Assembly (NCBI GenBank): GCA_002269645.1
Contig: NIVC01000251.1
Coordinates: 124,001 to 188,000, forward strand
Reading direction: 5' to 3'
Length of the DNA: 64,000 nt
Origin: Macrostomum lignano
Lineage: Eukaryota
The first letter of the stretch is position 1. Each line of letters opens with the position of its first letter. The notes beneath the pieces are model-generated. The model saw only the letters and a list, made by a program, of their open reading frames with translations, searched no databases and was not told the origin of the DNA. This document shows, piece by piece, positions 35,262 to 47,979 of the stretch. Position numbers and translations under genes: made by a program.

Positions 35262-35547
35262 TCACATTCTCCCAATAATAATTGTTAGCACAAACTCTTT
35301 TCCATTAAAATCGACACCAACTCCATCCTCTGTCTCAAACTGCAGAACAATTTCATGTATCTCTCTATTACTCAGAATCACTCTTTTCACAGGGTTTGGA
35401 TTTTGCACAAGCATTTGGCCACCAGCAACAGAGTTTGAAATGTTAAAAAGTATGTTGGTTCATTTGCCTTTGAATATCCAATCAAGGCTCAGATTGCTGC
35501 AAATTAATATATTCAAGCCTTTGACAATGTTAGCAATATTTGGCGCC
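35262..35547 (-). pseudogene. Penton C-terminal fragment
   Basis: APNIANIVKGLNILI..DGVGVDFNGKEFVL, homologous to 28243-28540. Confidence 0.7.
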
Positions 35548-35599
35548 TAGTACATACCGGATACTGGCCAGGACATATGCCAGGCGCCTGCGGCAGGCT

Positions 35600-36370
35600 T
35601 TGGTCTGTGGTACCACCATAAACTCTGAGTTTGTCAGCATGTATGGTGATTCAACTCCTGGAAGCTTAGGGTAGTTCGAGGTGTCTGCTCTTTGAGATGC
35701 CTTTAGTTCGACAGTTTCTTGTTTAATTGCATCGGACGGTTTTAATCCAGTCATGCGTGTGACTTCATTGTTCAGTTGCTCTATAACAGTGGGGAGGCGG
35801 TCTGTCCATTTTGTATAGTACTGCCCCGCACTCAGTTTGAGTTCTTGCGCTGTTTGCATTGCAAATAGTCTTTTTGCTAACGTCAGATTAAATCTCTCAA
35901 CGTACGCTCGGTCCCTGTGCAGGTCTCCTCTGCCATAGCGTATTTTCGTATTGTGCTTCTGTAGGAGACTTCTTACTGCCCTTTTGTAGGAGCCATAAAC
36001 ATTTCTGGATAGGTTAGAGGAGAGGTTTTATAGATCTCTTGCAGTGCGCTGGCAACAACCTCTGACTTCTTCGTCTTAAGTGGGCGAGCTTCCTTATAGC
36101 GGGAGGCAATGTCAATGACAGTCAAAGCATACTTGAACCCTGAGTCATTGGACATAAAGAGTAAATCTGCCTGATGCATCTGATTCGGTTTATACATACT
36201 GAAATGAGGCCTTTCAAATTGGTGGGAAATAGACTTGAAAGACAGCCTGCTTAGAGAGCCACTTTTCTACTGTAGCTTTGGTTCCTTACTCAGCTGCATG
36301 AGTTTACTAACGGAATTTTTGCCTACAAAGAATCTCTGTAGTAGATAGATTCAAGTTTTTCTTCTGCAAT
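35600..36370 (-). pseudogene. Polinton rve integrase, frameshifted, central D region deleted
   Basis: HQADLLFM, LTVIDIASRYKEARPL, YVERFNLTLAKRLF, LNNEVTRMTGLKP. Confidence 0.85.
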
Positions 36371-36394
36371 TTAGAAATTATTTTTTAAATAAAA

Positions 36395-36730
36395 ATGCCT
36401 GATGCTCACGAATTAGTTGAAAAGCTTTCTCATCAAAACAAAGGCTGGACAATCCAGGGTTTGAACTACTGCGGACCGCTAAACCCACTTGAAATACAAT
36501 TAGATGAAAATGATAATCCAAGGGAGGGTCGCGAGCCAGTTAATGAGCTGAATTCCATCTGTATGTGGCATGATATCAAATATAGGGACATCCCTGAGGA
36601 GAATTCGTTGGGTCTCTAAAATGCTTAAAATGATGAATAATATGAGTCCATTTAGTGGATTTCGCGAGTCTATTGCTAGGAAATTAGTCAAGGCGGTTAT
36701 TTTTGGAATGTCTTTATTAGGATTAGGAAT
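36395..36730 (+). pseudogene. Parvovirus-type phospholipase A2 (PLA2X-like), frameshifted
   Basis: GLNYCGP calcium loop and CMWHDIKY catalytic HD. The C-terminus (KMLK..RE..LVKAVI..LGLG) is in another frame. Confidence 0.8.
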
Positions 36731-37944
36731 TGACGCCGAGGGTGGGTGTTTGGGGAGAGAAGACGGGTGCACGGGGAGAGAGGGCAGAGGCTCGGGAGCA
36801 GGGTTTATCTTGTGCGCTCCTGAGAAGGAACTGGAAAGACTTTTGAAAGATATGGGGGTAAAGAGAGGCGCTTGAGTCGGGAAGGGTTTAGAAAAAGACT
36901 CATCGATATTAAATTTTAAGAAGTGAGAAGCTTGGTTAAATATTTTATTTTATGTTAATAAATCGAAAACATTATTACTGGATAAAAAACATTCATCCAG
37001 TTATTATTACATTGAAAACTACTATGAGTAGGCTTAGCTTCGAAAAAATTCTAAACACTATCCTGGATCTCCAGGATTTTTTCCAGGATTCAAATAACTG
37101 GAAAAATAAGGAAAAATAACTGGATTAAAATTCTTGCGTTACAATTTGCTTAGTTAATTCATCTTTGGCTTAGTCCATTGATGCCGTCACCAACTCGTTT
37201 GTAGCCTCCTTCGAAAATGATGACGATTTCGGTGTCTAGCATGCAAGCAAAATTCTCGTTCTGCTCCGCCTCTTGCTCAATAGCTCTTTTGTATGTCAGC
37301 AGCGACTCGAACGAGTACCGGGAGAAGACAGGTTTGGGTACTTCGTGATGAACCCATGGAAGGTATAGAGTCGCTCGCAAAACTTGGGGTCGATGTCCAG
37401 GTGCTTGGCAACTCCATCTGTCTAGAGCCCGAGCTGCCTCTTCATTGACGCTAGGACTTCGGCCTGCTCTTTCCTGGCCAGACAGCTGATCACCTCCAAG
37501 TCCCCAATGAAGGACTCTAAACCATAAAATTGTGTAAACATTCCGTCCACATCGGTCTGTACTTCGCCCATGCATAAATCTTTAGCGTTGTAGAAACTAA
37601 AGAATAAATAACATGGAATTATAATGTAAAATATGTTTCGCATATTAGAAAGTATACTAAAATTATACTTTAGAAAGTATATTAGAAAGTATTTGCATAT
37701 TAGAAAGTATTTACATATAGTTTACACATATATAAAAATTACAAATACATAAGATATTCTGGTGCGGATCCAGAAAATTTATGTTGTGGGGGGGGGCAAA
37801 AGAAATAAACAACCAGGTAAAAAATCTATTATCAGCAGTGCTCAGAGCAACACATAGCGCGACATATAGCGGAACAGGGCAGGGTGGGTGAGCCGCAGCC
37901 AAGATAGTCCTAATAATCAAATATCCAAATTCTATTGATCTAAT

Positions 37945-38273
37945 ACCTAAATCCTAATTACCTCTTATCTGAATCCTAATCTCTTACCTGAATCCTAATT
38001 ATCTCGTACTTGAATTCTAATCTCTTACCTGAATCCTAGTTATCTCTTTCCTGAATCCTAATTATCTCTTAACTGAATCCTAGTTATCTCTTACCTGAAT
38101 CTAATTATCTCTTACCTGAATCCTAATTATCTCTTATCTGAATCCTAATTATCTCTTACCTGAATCCTCATCTCTTACCTGAATCCTAATTATCTTTTAT
38201 GTAAATCCTAATTATCTCTTACCTGAATCCTAATCTCTTATCTGAATCCTAATTATCCCTTATCTGAATCCTA
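37945..38273. repeat. ~20-22-bp minisatellite (TCTCTTACCTGAATCCTAATTA)
   Basis: About 15 visible units, bracketed by ~65-bp direct repeats at 37745-37811 and 38274-38338. Confidence 0.9.
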
Positions 38274-38348
38274 ATACATAAGATATTCTGGTGCGTATCC
38301 AGAAAATTCATGTTTTGGGGGTGCAAAAGAAATAAACAGTTACTCATC

Positions 38349-38960
38349 TCAATCAGAGTCAACTCTGGGCCGCTTTCTCAACCCTTTCTGCGCCTCGCTG
38401 GTGGTGTCTCCTGGCATTTCGTGGTGCTCTTCACGTAGGGATTTTCTACGTTGGCGTGCGGCCTCCCTCTCGGCAGCGTGTTTTAGCGCCTGAATAACTT
38501 CTACATCGCGCTCAGAGGGTCGTCCTCTGTCCTCAGGATATATGAACCTGATTGCCTCTGCAAATGTAGGTTTGGGTGGGTTCTGTCTGCACACATGGTG
38601 AGAGAGGACCTGGAACCCGTTTATCTGCCTCTCTGTACCTGTCGCTATATAACTCTAAATCTCTAAATGCGTATTTTACGTATTTGTTTCATTTCTAATT
38701 CTCTATGGCCCCGTCAAATACCAATACTGAATAAAAAGAGCACTCACCCTGAATAGTATTCATGGCATTGCGGAAGCCCAGTTCGGCCTCGGTCGCGCCA
38801 TGCCCAGGAACAGCCCAATTCAGCCTTTCCGCCATGCCACGGCCACTGTAGTTGACTACACTCAGCATTGAAGCCGACATGCACTTTTCCAGCATTCGTC
38901 GGACCGTTTTGTGTAGGGTCGCGCATCGGCAGCCACGTAGACTGGGTCCCTGAAGTGGAA
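38349..38960 (-). CDS. Putative spliced ORF fragment, weakly BEN/DUF4806-like
   Basis: Donor GTGAGT at 38747 and acceptor AG at 38645 join in frame; KTVRRML..MS..VNYSGRG pattern. Confidence 0.3.
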
Positions 38961-40343
38961 GGAAGTAGAAATTATTATTTTTAAAGCGAAAAAAGCATAA
39001 AATTATATTACTACTGCAAGTAGGTTGAAAGCACAAGTATATCACAATATACTTAATCATTTTCTATGACTGTGAAACACCTTGACCTACCTCTAATCAG
39101 TTCATTATAGGATGGTCATTACTGGTGCCAACATTTTTCTACGCAAAAAAGGCAAGGCATGTAAGTTATAGTTCATTGTTGCACTGTTTGACTATTGCAA
39201 AAATAGTAAGCCTCAAAATAAAAACAATTAAACTCTTCAGTATGGACTCCTCAACTACGGCGTGAGTATGACGCATTGCCAGATTGAAATATTTTAAAAT
39301 ATATGTGTTATTGTTCTTCTGGTCTCTCACTTCTATGGCTCTTGTTCTACTTCAAATATCAATGTGAGAGCCAAATAACTGAGGCGGCGGATTCAACTGA
39401 CTTTTCCTGATGATGCAAACACTTGATGTTAACTTACAGACCGTTGTATTTGATGGTCACAATCTCGAGATGTTATCTCACAAAAATAATGTCTAAGGTG
39501 GAATTCCAAATAAGAAGCTCGTTCGATTTAAGTCACAAGGTGTTTCTAGTTGTTCGGGTGAACCGAAGGTTCAGTCTATTGTAAAACGTGGATGGGGTGT
39601 TGGTTTAGCTTTAGTAAGTCAATATATCAGTTTTAGCGTTTGGGTTGAGACCCTAACTATGTCAATCAAAAATAGTCAAAGGAGGTAGGCTAGGAGAAGG
39701 GCGAAAGAGAGGCAAGGGCGAGGAGAGGCGAGCTTCTTGCTTGGTTAACATGAGCTTTTATAGTACTTTTCAGTCTTAATCGCATTGGATGGTACATAAC
39801 TGTTTTTCATTGGTTGAGGTTGGGGTCGTGTCCTCAGCTTTTGCTATTTGGAGCGCATTCATTGGTTAAAATACATTCAATCTGGATGGGAACTTTCTAG
39901 AGCCAAAATGTATCACTTCAAAACCGTCTGGACCTGGTCTCGTGGCCTACATCCTACGCTGTTTGGGCAACATTAGTGACACCTAATAGGGTTTAGGGCT
40001 TGTTACTGCGACACCAGTTGAGCTATTAAACGATAATTTAGTATCGGCCTGTGACCGTTATTTACATTATTAAACGTTTTACTGACTTGTCTTGTCTTAC
40101 TTATTTTCTACTTAACAGTAGGCCTACCTAGGGATAACCTGTCGAGGATTTTACCTGTAGACCTACAAGGTGGCAGCAACCCAACTACCAATACTCGGTT
40201 ATTATCTAATTGTACTTGATAGAGACTAAGAGGGGTTAATTCGGACCATAGTGCTAGACCACTCAGGCCAGCTACCGGCTGTGCTAGTTAGCAAGGACAG
40301 ACAGAGAAAGTAGTAGGCAACAGCAGTAGTCATCAAAGAGAAA

Positions 40344-40468
40344 GGGATCCACAAGGCCATTACATTGGTGGCAGCGGTGGGATCCACAAGGCCATTACAT
40401 TGGTGGCAGCGGTGGGATCCACAAGGCCATTACATTGGTGGCAGCGGTGGGATCCACAAGGCCATTAC
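40344..40468. repeat. 35-bp tandem repeat, 3.6 copies
   Basis: GGGATCCACAAGGCCATTACATTGGTGGCAGCGGT repeated. Confidence 0.95.
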
Positions 40469-40714
40469 AATTGTCTAAACAGGATTTGGAAGAATGGCCG
40501 ACCGGGCTTCATTCTAAAAAGCAGAAGGAGCAACAGCAACAGCAGAAGCAGCAGAAAAATCTGCAAAAGCAGCCGCGGCAACAGCGGAAGCGGTCGAAAA
40601 AAACAGCAGCAGCAGTCTGAACAACAGCAGCAGCCGCAACAGCAGCAGCACACGGAGACGGAGACGGAGGTCCGGAGACGGACCTTCGCACACGGAGACC
40701 ACACTCGCCCAACT

Positions 40715-40925
40715 CAGATGTGGTCAATGCAAGAAGACGGCCTAATGGCGACAAAAAATCGGTGCTGAGGCAAAGGCGAGTTGTCAGGACTGCGGTAAGG
40801 AAGAGGACAAGGACCACTGGGTGTGGTGCGACAGGTGGCATAAGGAGAGGGCGCGTTTTGGTATTCAAGGTCTGGAGGATCTGGGAGATGAAGCGAAGGT
40901 GCTAGGGTTCCTGAAGTGCACGCAC
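40715..40925 (+). pseudogene. PHD-finger-like remnant within CAG-rich sequence
   Basis: CGQC...CQDCGKEEDKDHWVWCD; degenerate, with stops. Confidence 0.3.
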
Positions 40926-41244
40926 CCTGAGTGGGTGCAATGAGAGAACCCGCCCAGCCGAAGACACACACACAGCAGCAGCAGCCGCAGAAGCTGCAGC
41001 ACCCCCTGGGATTTACTCCCAGCCTGTTGGGTAACCAGCAGGCCCTGTCCGGCGCCGCGTCTTTGTCGCGGGGAGGAGGCAACGCCCCTTTTTTGGGCGG
41101 CGAAGAGCGCCGGGATTCGGGCACCGTCCCTGTTTCAGGGGCTGTGTTTGGGGTAGTCTGGCCCTCGGTTTTCGACTACCCGTGCTGTCTTTGTCAGTGA
41201 TGGGGGGGTCGTTGCGGGGGATGGATAGTTTGAGCCCACGCCGC

Positions 41245-41400
41245 AGTCAACAACAACAACAGCTGCAGCAAAGGCAGCAGCAGCAGCAAAGGCAGAAGCA
41301 GCAGCAGCCTCAACAACATCAGCAGCCGCAACAGCTGCAGCAAAGGCAGCAGCAGCAGCTGCAGCAGCCTGAACAACAGCAGCAGCCGCAACAGCAGCAG
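41245..41400 (+). repeat. CAG/CAA trinucleotide-rich repeat
   Basis: Directly visible. Confidence 0.9.
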
Positions 41401-42350
41401 CAAAATTTTGACGCGTGTAGTCGAAATTATGCAGTTTCGAGACTGACAGACGCAACCGAAAGTAGCTAGGTTTGTTTTACCCCTAAAACCTGCTACCTCA
41501 AACACTGTAAGTAGTATATAACTTTTTAACTGTTCGATTCCCACTGACGAACCAGCCCACTATGCAGTTCTGACTGTCCTCATTCTAACGACGCCTCACG
41601 CGTTGCTAGATGTGCTTTTGCTATCGACTGGCGGCCGTTTCCGCAACGTGTACTAATTCCCTCGATTTTTTAGGGTTAGAGGGGCAAGTTTCCAAGGTTC
41701 CAGCTTCGGTGCTATTGACGTCAAAGTGGCGCCGCTAGCGTCAGACAATAAGGCATCTGTGAAAGTGTCTATGGACGCAGCGCACCAAGTATAAAGCGTA
41801 CTAATTTCCTCATGGGCTTTCTAGGCCAATTGTATTGCGCAACAGACAAGCACCATTATACGCGTTTTTCTCTGGGGCCTTTGTGTTCTCACTTAAGATC
41901 TTAAGATAGATGTCTAGCGGTCTAAGGTTCTTACAGCTCTAATTTCTCCAATCAGGCCGTCAGAGAAAACCGTATAAACTGACGGGATCTTTTAGTATCT
42001 AAGCTGAGTTTGATTCTTTCTAGGATTGGCTCTGCGCAGCAATTAAGACAAATAATTAGATTGAAGACTTAGATTTGTGCTAACTGGATAATCCAGAGAC
42101 TAATTCAAAGAGAGCAATTCGAGATCGAAAACTGCGTGGAAAAAACGATGCGCCGCTCCAGTTTGAGATGGGCGTCTGTTTATACCAATTAGCATTTTTT
42201 ACCTCCCCCGCCGCCGGTAGGGTGTCTTCGCATGGTTAGCAACGGCTTACGCGGGGAACGCGGGCTTACGCGGGCTTACTGAAATGTCTAGGCTTCAGGG
42301 CTTCTAGGCTAGGCACATTTTCAGTTAAAAAATGCCAAATGCTGCTCTGC

Positions 42351-44046
42351 TCATTTGTCGCACAAAGCTAATAAACGCTTCTGTTCATTTACCTGTGCTA
42401 CAATACCGCCTGTAGAAAATAGGCGCTGAAATCTAACGAAATCGCAACAGGTAACAAACAGATAAGACAAGGCACGAACTCTACTCACGGCAGTGTAGTA
42501 CAGACCTGCTGGCGGCGACTTGCGACTCTTGCCCAGCTGTACAAACGCCTTGTCAATTGTTAGGCCTTGCGACTTGTGAATAGTGATTGCCCAGGCTAGC
42601 CTCAGAGGAAACTGCTGTCTCGACAAGCTGGCTCCTCGCTGAAGCCACTGGCTTGACACTGGTAGAATTGGCACAACAGAAACTGATGGTGCACACTCGC
42701 TGCTACTACTACTACTGCCATCTTCTCTGGGCAGCCGCGTGGCTTGCATTGCCGGGCCATTGTAGCGCTCGAATTCAACCCAAACGCAGTCGGGCAAATC
42801 GTTTGGCGGCTTCTTTCCATTCGCATAGCAGATGCCACGAACCGTTCCAACTGAGCCATTCGCCAAACCATTTTGCACAGATAGATTCCGAGTCAACATC
42901 ACGCGGGCTCCAATCGCCAGAAATAGTCGCCTTGCTAGACCTGTCTCTGTTTTCTGCTTGCTATTATTAGCATTGTTGCCAGTCAGCGGTTGCCTTCCAG
43001 TACAAGTTGCATTGATTATCCGCACCGGATTGTTATCATCGACAATTTTTCGCAGCTCCTCACAGTTTGCACTAGACACATCTTCATTTGTGTGGTACAA
43101 TAGCGTGCATTTGCCATCAACATCTAGCGGTAGCATGTCTGCAGCTGCTACTTGACACTTGTCCATTACAGTCTTCCAAATGGCCTCGGTTACTTTGCCT
43201 TCGCGAAGAGACTCTAGAATGCTGGCAAACTCTGTGTCATTTGCTTGACGCACCTGCTTGTTTATATAAACGACCGTTTTGAAACTCTGGTACACTTGAT
43301 AGCCAATCGTTGTCAAATTATCTTTAGCATTCTTGTTAAACACATACAGCTGTTTGTCTTGCACTGGTGGCAGCTGAAACACATCGCCAACCAAAATGAT
43401 TGACCGTCCGCCGAAATATACTTCTTCAAGCGTGTCCCGCTTCTCCTCAGGAAACAGTTCGCACAGACGATTGTGCACCTTGGCCAGTGTCCTTTGGCCA
43501 ACCATGCTAAACTCGTCAATGATTATGTAACGCACATTTGACCATAACGATTGCATGTCTGATAATGCCTTGCTGCTGCCCGAAGTCGTTGAAACCGTCA
43601 GCATTAGTAGTACAGGCCGTAGTCGAAAACTTTACGTTCAACTTCAAAGCTGAATGCAGTGTCTCGCCAGCAATGTTGAACGCAGCCACACCAGTCGGTG
43701 CCAATACTTTGCACTTGTCCTCGTCAATCAATTTTCGTAGTGCAGCAATCAGAAAACTCTTGCCAGTTCCAGCGCTGCCATACAAAATTACTCGCAGTGG
43801 TGGAGGCATCTTTCCCGACTCAGTAGTATTGTTAGTAGTCTCACTTTCGGCCAGCCGTTCAAGTTTCAATTGATTGTCAATCATGTTGTAGAGCTTCCGC
43901 TGTCTCTCATTAAGCAGTGAAACGTCAATGGTTTGACGATTAGCCCCTGCACCATCTTCGATGGTAATTCCAGCTACACGTCTAACAGGCTTAGTCAGTT
44001 CGGTCATTAAAACTGCTTTGCCTCTGCCAGACTCGGAAATCGCCAA
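42351..44046 (-). pseudogene. PIF1-family SF1 helicase domain
   Basis: GSAGTGKS, APTGVAA, IIIDEFSMVG, GDVFQLPPV, QFPLRLAWAITIHKSQGLT, YTAVSRV. Confidence 0.95.
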
Positions 44047-44165
44047 TCTGAAGCAGCACTACAATCGAAACCTTCTGGCGCAACTGGCAGAGTATCTTCC
44101 GGATTCTTGTTCACATTCAGCTGAAAGTCCGCATGCCTTGCACCCAGTGCTGCCATCCAATCCTC

Positions 44166-47100
44166 TTACTGACGCTCCGGATAAGCTGGACCAGCAACTG
44201 ATTCGGCATTTGCGGCAGTCATGTCTGGCAAATCGGCGACTGCTTCGCGTTCCTCTTCGTCAGCTTCATCGTTGCGCAGGTCGTCCAAATCGCGCACAAC
44301 CAGCTGACACGCTTCCGTTTGCATCATCGCCTCGTAGGCCTCGCGCCAGCTTGAATGTGATCCCTTTGCTTGCTCTTCGGTTCGCCAACAGCTCCACAGT
44401 AGAACCTGCTGCCAATAGTATTGTTCGCGCCGTTTATCACCGCTTTCTGTTGAACGCAAAAACGGACTCATAATCAAAATGGCTTCCTTGCCCGCTAGTC
44501 GCTTCTTGTAGACGGCAACTTGTTCACCACCGCGTCTTTGTTGACGCATCGGGGGAATATAGTCCGAAAAGAATCGATACATTGTCTCATTCTCCAATTG
44601 TGCCGGCCGACTCGCGTACTTTTCAATGCTATTCTTGCAAACGCCTCGACTCTCAATCGCTCTAGCCTCGCCAGTTTGAACGTAGACAAACTCTCGCGAC
44701 GCCTTGTACATAGGTCTCTGTAATACCAGATGCATAGCCTCTTGTGCTGAATAGTCGCGCGCTCCAACTTGCATCATCAAGTGCTGCTGAACAATGCGAC
44801 GTGCAGTATTTGTTCGGCTATACTCGTCATGCTGCTGCTGATTATTATCATTTTCTGCTGCATTACCAATGTCCACTGGCTCCGGCTGCTGCTGCTGCTG
44901 CTGCTGCTGTTCCATCGAAAAATAGCGACGATTCAACTCTTGCAACTGCTCCGATTCCTTCTCTTTTTTGCTTGCATACTTGATCAAATAGCGAATCAAA
45001 TCTTTGGCCGAAGAAATCATCTGAATGTCTACGTTAGCTCTCCACATGCACAGTACTTGAGGATTGTACATGCCAATATATTGGTCGTTGCGCTGCGTCT
45101 CAACCTTCCAGTTTAAACTCGACAGCTTTTTGGCGACTGTCTTTTTCTGCGTATCTCGCGGATATTTGTATCGACACTTCATAGAGCCGTTCTTTTCCTT
45201 TCGTAGGCACCGATTACTGCTCCATGAGTGCCTCATGTTGTTGTGAAGAAGTGCTTGCAAATCAGCTTTATCGTCCTTAATTTCGGACGGCTTCAATCGA
45301 GCCGGCTGCGCTCCTACTCCGCCGGACGAAATTTCGCGACCGCTATCTGATTCGTCCATGCACGTGTTCCAACTGCAAATGTACTTGTCCACAAAGGCAA
45401 CCAAATCTTCTGCTTGCAAGGATTTCGAAGTCACATCCACTCCATCCGGCATCCAAACGCAGGCATGAACATGCGGGCTTTCTCGACTCTGATACTCGAT
45501 ACGAAACCAAAAGTCCTTTACTTTCCAGTGCTCAACAAAAAATCTTTGCAAAAACAATTCAAAACGAATCCAAAACACAGTATCCGCCATCCCAGGATCA
45601 TTTTGCAGTCTGGAACGCAACTCGTCTCGGATTTCTTGCCAATTATCGTTGTCAACGTCTTCTTCGATTTGCCAAGCTTGCAACAACTCTGGCCACTGAA
45701 TATCCGCCGCGGATAACGTCACAAAATAATGCGGCAAACCAATTGTTTTAATCATTGCTTCCAATTGTCTACGCTTGTTTTGCCAATAGCTGGCTGTTCC
45801 ACGCAACTCTGATGCTCTGGCTGACACGCTGGACATCACCGCTGGGTCTTTTAGCTTCTCAAGCATCTCTGGCGCACTTAAGCCAGCCAAATTCTTGTCG
45901 TGCACAAACACTCGTCCAACCTCCAATGCTCTCCATCGCATCACCATTTTCTCAATGAAAAAGCGAAAGCGAGGATCGCAACGAAATCTCGAGCAGTGAA
46001 ACTGCATCAGGTGCTTTGCATAGTCGCCCAGGCTTATCGAACGAACTCGCGGGGTCTTGTAGTCGCCTCTGCCGTCAGGAAATAGGTGAGGATAGGCCAG
46101 ACTAAACAAGTCCTCCTGTTCGAGATCATTCACCAGTACTCGGCTCGATCTTGGCCATTGCAATTTCTCTTTTAGCAAACGATCGCGAATCTTTACTTCC
46201 AAACGACGCAATGGCGTATTCAGCAAAGCGCTTGTCGTCTCTTCCAACTGAGCTTCTTCCATTTGTTGCCTTTGCTCATCTTCATCTGGCTGCCTGGCTT
46301 CCTCTTCAGCCGCATCCAGATCAACATTGACATCTTGAGTGTCCATTTGATTAACCATTTCATTGATTTGCTGCGCATATCCATTCTCTGGCAACGAATT
46401 CAACGCTTCGCGATCAATACCGACAGAAAATCGTTGAAAATATAGATTATTATTAATCAGATACCTGATGGCATTCAACACCTTGTCGCGTCTTATTCGC
46501 AGATTGTTCATCGCTCCCGTAACTGTAGTGCCAAGATTGTTTTGCATCTTTTTGTCATACATCAGCACCACAGGTAGAGTTCGTCTGGGCAATTCTCTCA
46601 CAACGCTTGCCTGATCCTGCGGAAACATTATTCCATGCCCTCTCGAAGCATGCTGGCCTTGCGGAAACAACCGATAAAACTACAATAACAGACAATATCG
46701 GCGAAATCAGCATTTGCTCTGCAACTGACAAATCGTGTAGTTATTCAGGCTGCTCACACATTGGATTGGCATTATTTTCGTCACTAAACAGCTTGGGTTT
46801 CGAATTATCTTTGACACATCGTTGGCATGATGCATCACTTTGCTGTCGAAAATAAACGAACGGAAACCTTTCCTTGCACACCAAGCATCGATTTAAATTA
46901 CTCAGCCTTAAAGTACAATCTTGAAAAAATTCATTCCGCATCTTCTTGTACTGTTTAGTAAATGGATTGCGAAGACAATGCGGCAAACTTATATCACCAG
47001 CATATTGCTCTTCAGCATCAGGATTATTTTCTTCATGGTCAACTTGCTCGATTTCCGACTCTTCGACCTCAATTTCAACTCGTTGCTGCTGCTGTTGCTC

Positions 47101-47571
47101 AGTGTGCGCCTTTTTCCTAGGCGAAGAACGACTCTCCTCAACGGTGTTCACTATAGTGCGCCTGCGCTTTGTTGGCGATGCTTCTAAAACAATATCTGTA
47201 GGTATGGACTGCTCATTACTGGCCTCTTTTCTTGGTGAACTTCGACTCTCGCTTTGAACATTTTGTCCTTGTCTTTGTCGAGTCTTGCTCTTTGTCGGTC
47301 GCTGATGATCATTGCTCTCTTCTAGAACTACTCTTGTCAACTCGACTTCATCCTCCCGTGCAATGCAGCTGATTTTGTCAGACTCTGCAGCCGTTCCAAT
47401 GCTGCTTAAATTCGATGTACCAACTGAAGAAGCCTCGTCACCTTCTTCCATACGCCTTTTCTTAGCTAGTAATCGCTCGCTTCGACGCGTTGGACTGCCA
47501 GGCTTGACAACTCGCTTTCGGCGACGAACTACACTTGAAGCGCAACTGTCAGATGCTTCTGCTGACGACAA
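44166..47571 (-). pseudogene. HUH Rep domain with N-terminal Cys-rich region
   Basis: CLVCKERFP..CQRC..PKLFSDENN, AYPHLFPDG, TLSAADIQWPEL, EYQSRESPHVH (HUH), YLIKYASK (catalytic Tyr motif). Confidence 0.9.
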
Positions 47572-47979
47572 TACAGACGCATTGCTGCTGTTACACGCTT
47601 TCGCGCTTAAACGACTGCTACGTCGCTAAGGACAGCTGGGAACGCTTTGATTTCAACGACTCCGCCGCGAAACACTCGACGAAACCTTGCTGGTTGAATC
47701 ATCGCCGCTACACACAGAAAGAGTTCGCTCCTCCTCTTCCGCATCTAGATCGACATTCCATAGTACATTGAACCGATTCTCGTCGACTCTAATGCTAAAC
47801 TTGTTGTCTACTTCAGTCGCAGCCGCACCTGGAACCCTCTTGCATGCTCGTCGGTTACATTTCACTTCTTTCCATTCTTGCACTTTCTGCGCAACACTCT
47901 GCATTGGAATCGCAGGAGGCGGCCGCGGCGGTGGCGGCGGCATCATCTTGGCTGCACCATCATCCACAGTGGCTAGACA

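Larger units (their letters stand above)
34495..36900 (-). mobile_element. Polinton family 2, copy b (left TIR, small ORF, penton end, integrase, PLA2); right end not found
   Basis: Starts AGTAGAATGCAT and is colinear with copy a to ~35547, then carries different genes. Confidence 0.75.

Noticed and set aside
40400-41544. PolyQ/polyA/polyL/polyC ORFs on both strands
   Set aside because: CAG-repeat artefacts; only the weak PHD-like segment is noted separately.
42200-42300. CCCGCGTAAGCC repeats as the Helitron 3' terminus
   Set aside because: No defined stem-loop plus CTRR or subTIR could be established, so the end is left undefined.
42587-47771. Many plus-strand ORFs opposite the Helitron (and similarly opposite the Polinton and LINE genes)
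   Set aside because: Antisense shadows of real coding sequence, with no motifs.
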